Positions 57,901-64,000 of a DNA stretch of 64,000 nucleotides are shown here, piece after piece (position 1 is the stretch's first letter; every line of letters starts with the position of its first letter). The DNA lies in the NCBI GenBank assembly GCA_032251255.1, contig JAVVDY010000005.1:59091-123090 (forward strand), given 5' to 3'. The notes under the pieces were generated by a model, which saw only the letters and a list, made by a program, of their open reading frames with translations, did not search any database and was not told where the DNA came from. Made by a program: the position numbers and the translations under genes. Source of the DNA: Desulfuromonadales bacterium (GTDB taxonomy: Bacteria > Desulfobacterota > Desulfuromonadia > Desulfuromonadales > Geopsychrobacteraceae).

Positions 57901-58181
57901 ACCTGCCACCAGTTGCCGTTGCAGACGCCCCGCCCGAGGTAACAATCGGGACTACGGTAATCCTGGACGGCACCGGAAGCTACGACCCGAACGACGATCC
58001 TCTGAGCTATAATTGGTCTTTCATTTCTGTCGCAGAGGATGTCGGCGTGACCCTCACCGGTGGCAACACCACCACAGCCTCTTTCACTGCAACCAATGCC
58101 GGAAAATACACTCTGGAGCTGATTGTCAATGATGGCACTTTCGACAGTGCGCCAGACAAGGTAACGATCAACAGTCATTAA
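54984..58181 (+). CDS. Large surface lipoprotein with 11 tandem PKD-like (Ig-fold) repeats
   Basis: Lipobox LTSC. It carries 11 units of ~95 aa, each with ADAGPDQxVxxGxxVxLDGSGSxDxDxDxLTYxW...NPTFTADLDGxYVLxLxVNDGxxxSxxDxVxI. Confidence 0.9.
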   Translation: MKHIIYLLMAIFFATTASLTSCGYNELGGHTPVADAGPDQNVKTGSLVILDGSGSSDADPDTLTYSWSFSSLPVASESILSGERTVNPTFIADIDGTYILSLVVNDGIRTSTEDTVTIISATDNSAPVAHAGPDQNVETNSLVTLDGSGSSDANGDTITYLWAFKSLPESSIATLSDETAVNPTFTADLDGEYVLSLAVNDGSVDSAADDVSIIAATANSAPTANSGPNQNVVTGSTVTLDGSGSFDANGDNLTYKWAFSSRPDKSTATLSDPTTAKPSFTADLDGSYVLTLIVNDGQLDSAVDVVLIVAATDNSAPVANAGPDQNVATGTLVTLDGSGSSDADLDPLTYDWSFVSGSGTLSDSTAENPTFTADLDGTYILSLVVNDGQLDSPVDVVLINAATGNSAPVVNAGPDQNVAIGALVTLDGSGSSDADLDPLTFDWSFKSLPDGSNATLSDSTAETPTFTADLDGSYVLQLIVNDGTVNSAADAVTVIAITPNLPPAADAGADQDVATGTTVTLSGSGSVDPDDDPLTFSWAFTSRPAGSTATLSDTAAENPTFTADREGTYVLQLTVNDGTVNSTADSVTVTATTPNSPPIADAGADQNVATSGTVTLDGSGSFDPDGDPLTFSWAFTSRPAGSSATLSDAAAENPTFTADLEGTYVLQLIVNDGTVNSTADAVTVIAVTPNSPPTADAGADQDVATGTTVTLSGSGSVDPDDDPLTFSWAFTSRPAGSSATLSDAAAENPTFTADLEGTYVLQLIVNDGTVNSTADAVTVIAVTPNSPPTADAGADQDVATGTTVTLSGSGSVDPDDDPLTFSWAFTSRPAGSTATLSDTATGNPTFTADLEGAYVLQLIVNDGTVNSAADEVTVIAVTPNSPPTADAGADQDVATGTTVTLSGSGSVDPDDDPLTFSWAFTSRPAGSTAILSNATAANPTFFAGLDGSYVLSLVVNDGSLDSTADEVIITASNLPPVAVADAPPEVTIGTTVILDGTGSYDPNDDPLSYNWSFISVAEDVGVTLTGGNTTTASFTATNAGKYTLELIVNDGTFDSAPDKVTINSH
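55083..58178 (+). repeat. Tandem array of 11 x ~285-nt coding repeats; units 6-10 are near-identical at the DNA level
   Basis: Period of 285 nt (95 codons). Runs of roughly 250 nt are letter-identical at a 285-nt offset (e.g. starting near 56946 and again near 57231). Confidence 0.9.
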
Positions 58182-58287
58182 CCTTTAATTATGGAGAAAT
58201 AAGGCAGCATAGGGATCGGCAAAGGTTCTTCATTTCCGCTCGAAAAAAAACCAAATAGGTGCGGCCTGGAAGAAGTTATATATAGTT

Positions 58288-58331
58288 TACCAAACAAGCT
58301 CTCCTGAATCTTCCGGAGGGCTTGTTTGGTA
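58288..58331. other. Long hairpin between the PKD gene and the next lipoprotein gene
   Basis: taccaaacaagc...gcttgtttggta is a 12-bp perfect stem, extendable to about 19 bp through ctctcc/ggaggg with one G-U pair. Confidence 0.5.
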
Positions 58332-58467
58332 AGAGCAAGGGAATCCCATCTGCTTTTCCAGAGAATGAAATACCGGGGGTTGGCGCTCCCCTTGACAAAC
58401 GATTTTTCTGCTATTCAATTCTAAGTAGACATCCCCTATATCGAGCCAATTGCAAGTGGAGGAGACC

Positions 58468-59886
58468 ATGAGAAAAACCCTGTCAGGCAACAAGATGTCT
58501 CTGCTGCTGTCTGTTCTTTCACTTGGAATGCTGGTGATGCTTTATGCCTGTGGTGGCGGCGGTGGCGGTGGCAGCGATGAAGTCCCATTGGACCTTGGCC
58601 TGGATGGCCCCGGTGATGAAGGCAACTATTTCCCCCTAACCGTCGGCAACCTCTGGCAGTTTCAGGGTACGGAAATATCCCCGGAGGGCTCTCGTCAGTA
58701 CCGGAATACTGTCAGTGTCACTGGAACCAGAAACATCGACGGCATTATCGCTCAGGTCGTACAGGACACAAACTCATACGGCGACGGTCCATTTGAGAGC
58801 TACGTGGTCAAGGATCTCAACGGGATTGCCAATATCGGTACAAGTGATGCTGACCCCTTCGGTGTTCAGCTTGCCTATTACTGGGAGGGTCGCTTCCCGC
58901 TGATTGCGGGAGAGAGTTTTGTACAAATCGACCGCTCAGGCGTTGATTTCGGAGAGGATCTGGACGACGACGGCACCAATGAAAAAGTCGATGTTCGCTC
59001 CGTTGTCACTGTCGTCGGCTTTTCCAGTGTGACGACCCCGGTCGGCAACTTCAGCGATACCGTGCATATCGCGAAGGAACTGACTCTGACCTTAAGAATG
59101 TCTTCCGACGGAAGCAGAGTACCGGTAACTGCCACAGAAGATTCCATCTTTGCGACCGGTATCGGATGGCTGGAAAGGCGAGTCGAAATTTCACTGCTGG
59201 GTGAAACGATCACCACCCATGAGACACTGACCGCCTACATGGTTGACGGCGAAGCCTTCGGCATAATCCAGGTCCCGGGCATGACAGTGGAAGGAGAAGG
59301 GTCACCAGCCGGCACAGACAGTTACTATGCGTTTGATGTCACACCGGGCGAAAACCTGACTGTTGCCCTGACCGGTCTGACCGACAACGCAGACCTCATA
59401 CCCCTGTTGCCGGCAACCTGCAACCAGGCCTACAACCTGCTGCCGGGCACAAGCCCTGAATACTGTCACCTGACGACAACCGGCAGCCGGCTGCTCGTTG
59501 CGGTGACTGCCCTGGAGAGCGCGAGCTATCTCCTTTCACTCTCACCCACTCCAGTTGTCACTGAACCTGCCAACGAAGGGACAGGGGAGAACCCGGTACA
59601 AATTCCCCCCAGCACACCGACCGTAGGACAGGTGGAAACTCGGGGTACGAGCTATTACGTAACAACAGGGCTCGATCTGGCCGCACATACGGTGAGCATC
59701 TCGGGCTTAAGCGGAGATGCGGCTCTGCATGTTTACGCGGACGAAACATATTCCTTTGAACTGGACTGCACTCTGCGTTCAAGTACGACAACCTGCACGG
59801 TCGAGGACGCCACCGCCCTCTACTTTTCGGTGAGCTCAGGGCCGCTCAACAGGGATGGGGCTTCATACACCATTCTGGTTTATTAG
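58468..59886 (+). CDS. Secreted lipoprotein with a Gly-rich linker, an unknown beta-rich domain and two C-terminal PPC (pre-peptidase C-terminal)-like domains
   Basis: MRKTLSGNKMSLLLSVLSLGMLVMLYAC-GGGGGGGS. C-terminal segments SYYAFDVTPGENLTVALTGLTDNADL and SYYVTTGLDLAAHTVSISGLSGDAALHVYAD resemble PPC domains. The start could also be ATG at 58495. Confidence 0.65.
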   Translation: MRKTLSGNKMSLLLSVLSLGMLVMLYACGGGGGGGSDEVPLDLGLDGPGDEGNYFPLTVGNLWQFQGTEISPEGSRQYRNTVSVTGTRNIDGIIAQVVQDTNSYGDGPFESYVVKDLNGIANIGTSDADPFGVQLAYYWEGRFPLIAGESFVQIDRSGVDFGEDLDDDGTNEKVDVRSVVTVVGFSSVTTPVGNFSDTVHIAKELTLTLRMSSDGSRVPVTATEDSIFATGIGWLERRVEISLLGETITTHETLTAYMVDGEAFGIIQVPGMTVEGEGSPAGTDSYYAFDVTPGENLTVALTGLTDNADLIPLLPATCNQAYNLLPGTSPEYCHLTTTGSRLLVAVTALESASYLLSLSPTPVVTEPANEGTGENPVQIPPSTPTVGQVETRGTSYYVTTGLDLAAHTVSISGLSGDAALHVYADETYSFELDCTLRSSTTTCTVEDATALYFSVSSGPLNRDGASYTILVY

Positions 59887-60056
59887 ATAAGGTTTCAGGT
59901 TGACTTCGTAGAATTGCGCCCAGGCGTCATGCCATGTATATTCAGAGGGTATCTGTTGTCGCGGTAGGGGGAACATCTTTATATGATTTATGTGAAAGTC
60001 ATTCTTCCACCTGCACCTGCGAGAATGACTTTTTATTGCCTTCCGGAGGGTCAATC

Positions 60057-60650
60057 ATGAAAAAATCAGTTTTATTTTTTTTAATTCTATTCCTGTCAGC
60101 CTGTAGTCCCGCCATTAAAAAAGAGGCCACCATAGAAGGTAACCTCTTTACTGATGAACTCAGACCCTACACTGCCATAAAGTTCCCTTTTAAAATCACA
60201 CTCAACGATAAAAAATCCGGATCCTACAGAACTGACAGCAATGTCGCGTTGTACTATGAGACCTATACCCTCGGCACAGGACAACAGAACAGGCTAGCTG
60301 TTATTTCGAAAAAGCATCTGGCAGTTGGCCGTGAACTGACATACTTCACGACAGCAGATGACGCGTCTATTGATAATAAATTGTTTCTATACAAAAACAA
60401 AAATGGTCTTTGCTGCGTCAGCGCAAGCAAGGAAAATGGCTACAATTTGCTCATTGGCACAGTGATAAAATATTCCGGTAAACAACACAGGGCATCCATA
60501 CAAGTTTTTGAAAATCTTGGAGACGATTACGACTATTCGAGACTGATGGGTGCCGACAAAGAACTCGTTGAAAAGTATCTGGGCGACATTGAGGATATAT
60601 GCAATCAGGTCCTGACGACTGAGACGAAACTCACACAGGTTGCAAACTGA
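60057..60650 (+). CDS. Hypothetical lipoprotein (orphan-looking, AT-rich gene)
   Basis: MKKSVLFFLILFLSAC lipobox, with a GGAGGG RBS before ATG at 60057. I recognise no family. Confidence 0.6.
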   Translation: MKKSVLFFLILFLSACSPAIKKEATIEGNLFTDELRPYTAIKFPFKITLNDKKSGSYRTDSNVALYYETYTLGTGQQNRLAVISKKHLAVGRELTYFTTADDASIDNKLFLYKNKNGLCCVSASKENGYNLLIGTVIKYSGKQHRASIQVFENLGDDYDYSRLMGADKELVEKYLGDIEDICNQVLTTETKLTQVAN

Positions 60651-60796
60651 CCCCCCAAAAAGCTCACATCCACCCTCTCATGCGGCAACTTAATTCGAAC
60701 TGTCGATGTGTCTTCTCCAGAAAAGGCGCTAAAATTCAATATAGGTCTGACAACGAACCTGAGAACCATCGTGTGCGGAGGACAGGAGGGCAGCCG

Positions 60797-62206
60797 ATGA
60801 AAATTACCTTCCATGGCGCGGCCGGCACCGTAACCGGGTCACAGCACCTGATCGAAGTGAACGGCAAAAAGATCATGCTCGACTGCGGCCTCTTCCAGGG
60901 GAAGCGGAAAGAAGCATTCGAACGCAACCGCACCGAGTTCTGCCAGGGGAAGAACGTCGACTACCTGATCTTATCCCACGCCCACATAGATCACTCGGGG
61001 CGCATCCCCTGCCTGGTCAAGAATGGTTTTGTCGGGGATATCTTCTGCACGTCGGCCACCAGGGATTTATGCGCGCTGATGCTCATGGACAGCGCATATC
61101 TTCAGGAAAAGGACGTCGAATTCGTCAACCGGCAACGCGCGAAAAAAGGCAAACGCCTGTTCGAACCACTCTATACCAAGGCGGATGTCGCCCGCAGCAT
61201 GGAGCAGTTCATCGGCCTCAGCTACAATCGTCGGCACCTGCTTTTCCCCGGCGTTCACCTCACCCTGGTTGACGCCGGCCACCTGCTGGGCAGTGCCCAC
61301 GTCATCCTCGATATCGACAACCCGAAAACCGGTCAGAACCGGCGCCTGGTTTTCAGTGGCGACATCGGCCGGCCGGGTATCCCGATCATCCGCGATCCGG
61401 TCCCGCTCACCGGGGGTGCCGATATCCTGATCATGGAAAGTACCTACGGCAGCCGGCTGCATCCACCCTACCCGGAAACCGATGACGCTCTGGAGCGCAT
61501 TGTGAACGACACCGTCGGTCGTGGCGGTTCATTGCTGATTCCGGCATTCGCCGTCGGCCGGACCCAGCAGTTGGTTTATGCCCTGCACAAACTGCACAGT
61601 GAAGGCCGCATCCCCGATCTGCCGATCTTCGTCGACAGCCCCCTGGCCACCCGGACCACGGAAGTCTACCGCCTGCATACAGAAGTCTATGACGAGGACA
61701 TCCGCGAGTTCCTGCTGACGGACGACGACAGCAATCCTTTCGGCTTTGGCCGCCTCCAGTACACCCAGACGGTGGAACAGTCCAAGGCGCTTAATCTGCT
61801 GAAAATGCCGGCTGTCATAATCAGCTCCAGCGGCATGATGGAAGGTGGGCGAATTCTCCACCACCTTCGCAACAGGATCTCTGACCCCCGCAACACGATC
61901 CTGATTACCGGTTGGCAGGCCCCCAACACCCTGGGCCGACATATTGTCGACCGGGAGCAGGTGGTCAAAATCTTCGGCGAAGAGTTCAAAGTAAAAGCCA
62001 AAATTGAGATATTGACCGGTTTCTCAGGGCACGCAGATCGAAGCGGGCTACTGGATTTCGTTCGCAACATGGAGAAAAAACCGCAACAGACATTTATTAT
62101 TCACGGTGAGGCGGAATCCTCCGAGTCGCTGGCTCAGGCTCTGCGCACGGAAATCGGACTCGAGAATGTGAGAATCCCGGCATCCATGCAATCCTTTACC
62201 CTGTGA
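60797..62206 (+). CDS. Metallo-beta-lactamase / beta-CASP RNA-metabolising hydrolase
   Basis: MKITFHGAAGTVTGS...LDCGLFQG...ILSHAHIDHSG..P (HxHxDH), ...ESTYG..., ...FSGHAD. AGGAGGG RBS before ATG at 60797. Confidence 0.88.
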   Translation: MKITFHGAAGTVTGSQHLIEVNGKKIMLDCGLFQGKRKEAFERNRTEFCQGKNVDYLILSHAHIDHSGRIPCLVKNGFVGDIFCTSATRDLCALMLMDSAYLQEKDVEFVNRQRAKKGKRLFEPLYTKADVARSMEQFIGLSYNRRHLLFPGVHLTLVDAGHLLGSAHVILDIDNPKTGQNRRLVFSGDIGRPGIPIIRDPVPLTGGADILIMESTYGSRLHPPYPETDDALERIVNDTVGRGGSLLIPAFAVGRTQQLVYALHKLHSEGRIPDLPIFVDSPLATRTTEVYRLHTEVYDEDIREFLLTDDDSNPFGFGRLQYTQTVEQSKALNLLKMPAVIISSSGMMEGGRILHHLRNRISDPRNTILITGWQAPNTLGRHIVDREQVVKIFGEEFKVKAKIEILTGFSGHADRSGLLDFVRNMEKKPQQTFIIHGEAESSESLAQALRTEIGLENVRIPASMQSFTL

Positions 62207-62224
62207 ACCGGTCATGAGTCAGCT

Positions 62225-62267
62225 CACCGGAAAGGATGCCCGTATTTGTTGCGCGGGCACCCTTTCC
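62225..62267 (+). terminator. Hairpin after the beta-CASP gene
   Basis: ccggaaagg.tgcccg-(9 nt)-cgggca.cctttccgg. Confidence 0.5.
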
Positions 62268-62276
62268 GGCTGCACG

Positions 62277-62305
62277 ATTTGACATCCTTCTTCATTCTTT
62301 GTAAG
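62277..62305 (+). promoter_or_regulatory. Candidate sigma-70 promoter of proVW
   Basis: TTGACA, 17-nt spacer, TAAGGT. This would give a ~335-nt leader. Confidence 0.35.
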
Positions 62306-62642
62306 GTAGTATGTTGTAGGCGGCACCCTGCCAGGGTGTTCCGACCTTGCCCCGCAAGGGAATCGTTAAGAACGTCGCCCCGTGTGATGCTTCGCAGATT
62401 CCCTTTTCATTCAGAGTAGCGCTTGATTCTTGCAGGTCCTGCAGAACCGGGTCGCGGGTCGCTCTGTCCTTTTAAAAACAAAATAAGACGCTTACCCCAG
62501 GACGCTGCTGCCAGCAGACGACCATTCTCTCTCCGTTCTCTTTCGGCCGCGGCCTGTCGTGTATTTTCGGTTCGTCTAAACCATAGTCCCATCACGCAGC
62601 TGTCACCGAAGATACCAAGCAACCAGAGAGTAAGGAGAAAAA

Positions 62643-63890
62643 ATGTCAACCGAAGTAAAAATTGCCGTCAAAAACCTGTTCAAGATTTTCGGACCGTCGC
62701 CGAAAAAAGCCATGAGCTTGTTGAAGCAGGGATGGGACAAGGAGGCAATTTTCGAAAAAACCGAGACAACCATCGGCGTTCAGGATGCCAGCTTTGAAAT
62801 TCACAGCGGCGAAATTTTCGTCATCATGGGGCTGTCAGGTTCAGGAAAATCGACCATGGTGCGAATGCTTAATCGACTGATCGAGCCGACCGCCGGACAG
62901 GTCTTTATCGATGGCGAAGATATCACCAGAATGGATGAAGACCAGCTGGTCAAACTGCGCCGCAAAAAATTGAGCATGGTATTTCAATCCTTTGCCCTGA
63001 TGCCGCACATGACCGTTCTGCAGAATGCCGCCTTCGGCCTGGAAATGGACGGAGTCGACAAGCAGACCCGCGAGGCTCGAGCACTCGAGGCCCTCGAGCA
63101 GGTCGGCCTGGAAGCCTGGGCGGCGAGCATGCCGCATGAGCTGTCCGGCGGCATGCAGCAGCGGGTCGGCCTGGCTCGCGGCCTGGCAGTCGATCCCGAC
63201 ATCCTGCTGATGGATGAGGCGTTCTCTGCTCTCGATCCGCTGATCCGGACCGAAATGCAGGACGAACTGTTGAAGCTGCAGGACAAGGCAAAACGGACCA
63301 TCGTTTTCATCTCGCACGACCTCGATGAAGCGATGCGCATCGGCGATCGGATTGCCATCATGGAAGGGGGGAGCGTTGTCCAGGTCGGCACCCCGGAAGA
63401 GATTCTGCAGAACCCGGCTGATGATTATGTGCGAGCCTTCTTCCGCGGTGTCGATCCAACCAATATCCTCTCCGCAGGGGACATCGCTACCGACAGCCAG
63501 GTCACGATCCCGATCACCGACGGCAAAAGCCCGCGAGCAGCGTTGCAGAGGCTGATTAAAAATGATCGTGATTACGGCTTCGTCGTCGACGCCAACCGGC
63601 ATTTCAAAGGGATAGTGTCAGCGGATTCACTGCGCGAACTGCTCGATCAGGACGTGCAACCGCAGCTGATCCCGAATGCCTACCTGGAAGATGTCGTGAC
63701 CGCCCACCACTCAGACTCGATGCAGGACATCCTGCCGCAAGTGGCTAACCACCCCTGGGCCCTGCCGATTCTGGACGACAACGGAAAATATCTGGGAGCC
63801 ATTTCCAAGAACCTGTTCCTGAGGACTCTGCACCGCAATCAACCCGAGGAAACACCTACTGCTGAAACCGTCGCAAACGGAGCATCATAA
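62643..63890 (+). CDS. proV: Glycine betaine/proline ABC transporter ATP-binding protein with tandem CBS domains
   Basis: ...[78 protein letters not shown], and a C-terminal CBS pair. AAGGAG RBS. Confidence 0.93.
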   Translation: MSTEVKIAVKNLFKIFGPSPKKAMSLLKQGWDKEAIFEKTETTIGVQDASFEIHSGEIFVIMGLSGSGKSTMVRMLNRLIEPTAGQVFIDGEDITRMDEDQLVKLRRKKLSMVFQSFALMPHMTVLQNAAFGLEMDGVDKQTREARALEALEQVGLEAWAASMPHELSGGMQQRVGLARGLAVDPDILLMDEAFSALDPLIRTEMQDELLKLQDKAKRTIVFISHDLDEAMRIGDRIAIMEGGSVVQVGTPEEILQNPADDYVRAFFRGVDPTNILSAGDIATDSQVTIPITDGKSPRAALQRLIKNDRDYGFVVDANRHFKGIVSADSLRELLDQDVQPQLIPNAYLEDVVTAHHSDSMQDILPQVANHPWALPILDDNGKYLGAISKNLFLRTLHRNQPEETPTAETVANGAS

Positions 63891-63893
63891 CCG

Positions 63894-64000
63894 ATGAGAA
63901 TCTTTAATTTCGATAAGAAAATGATACCGCTCGACGAATGGGTTCAGGCCTTCGTCGATTGGCTGGTCTTCAATCACCGGGACATCTTCCAGGCGATCAA
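63894..64000 (+). CDS. proW: Glycine betaine/proline ABC permease, 5' fragment (runs off the window)
   Basis: The ATG is 4 nt after the proV stop. MRIFNFDKKMIPLDEWVQAFVDWLVFNHRDIFQAI matches the typical ProW N-terminus (IPLxxWVxxxVxWL). Confidence 0.7.
   Translation, partial: MRIFNFDKKMIPLDEWVQAFVDWLVFNHRDIFQAI

Noticed and set aside
56030-57973. Series of minus-strand ORFs (88 aa each at 56687, 56972 and 57257, plus longer ones) with near-identical sequences
   Set aside because: Their 285-nt periodicity only mirrors the tandem coding repeats of the PKD gene on the plus strand. They are not independent genes.
62310-62420. Possible c-di-AMP (ydaO/kimA) riboswitch upstream of proV
   Set aside because: The conserved GGGGACCCA, ACGGGGUGAAUC and CAGCUAACCUCGUAAG-type blocks that I remember for this class are not present. 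The leader is kept only as an unclassified structured leader.
62407-62797. ORFs of 80 aa (minus) and 124 aa (plus) in the proV leader
   Set aside because: The plus-strand ORF runs out of frame into proV. Neither has an RBS or a recognisable sequence, so the region is better explained as a structured leader.
1-64000. Search for tRNA/rRNA genes, CRISPR arrays, IS elements, integrases, toxin-antitoxin pairs and known phage-defence genes
   Set aside because: I saw no T-loop-type GGTTCGAATCC motifs in a tRNA context, no short spaced direct repeats, and no transposase, integrase, reverse-transcriptase or nuclease-NTPase defence-type ORFs. Absence was judged by eye only.

Overview
This is a high-GC chromosomal window. 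It looks like a Desulfuromonadales / Geobacter-like deltaproteobacterium; that is an inference from a c7-type multihaem cytochrome, a Geobacter-type GEMM-I riboswitch and several sigma-54 enhancer-binding proteins. I support about 57 protein genes. I found no rRNA, tRNA, CRISPR array, transposase or integrase.

Gene content, left to right:
- Minus strand: a small 4-haem cytochrome, purE-purD-purH, and alr coupled to a stand-alone ASKHA ATPase.
- thiE/thiD fusion, thiC, speD, and a ChaN-PDZ lipoprotein.
- An isolated small gene in a long AT-rich non-coding stretch.
- fba, a DUF1846 gene, gap and rpsU.
- A THUMP methyltransferase, then PilZ / J-domain / RdgC-like genes.
- A GEMM-I riboswitch upstream of DUF4395 and a FadL-family porin.
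- The clpS-clpA-aat N-degron operon.
- A YkgJ-like gene divergent from lemA-TPM-TPM.
- A PAS-GGDEF-EAL protein, tmcAL and sfsA.
- A roughly 20-kb amino-acid / nitrogen utilisation super-locus: a Cache histidine kinase and NtrC-type regulator, a consensus sigma-54 promoter driving a Liv-type ABC importer, a more AT-rich opine-dehydrogenase / polar-amino-acid ABC / racemase / GntR cassette, and a PAS sigma-54 activator with a consensus sigma-54 promoter driving gabT and a tungsten-type aldehyde:ferredoxin oxidoreductase.
- An accessory-looking lipoprotein cluster dominated by a 1065-aa protein with 11 PKD-like repeats, including near-identical 285-nt DNA units.
- A beta-CASP RNase and the start of proVW.

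Best leads:
1. The riboswitch carries the A-for-G change typical of 3',3'-cGAMP-selective GEMM-Ib aptamers and controls an envelope module rather than cytochromes.
2. The J-domain protein has a C-terminal half that looks like duplicated MshEN / GspE-N c-di-GMP-binding motifs, and it sits next to a PilZ gene.
3. The low-GC opine-dehydrogenase cassette has a perfect palindromic operator.
4. The sigma-54-controlled gabT-AOR pair has no gabD.
5. The PKD-repeat gene has been recently amplified.

All family calls come from reading the translated ORFs and from memory of the families. No database search was run.
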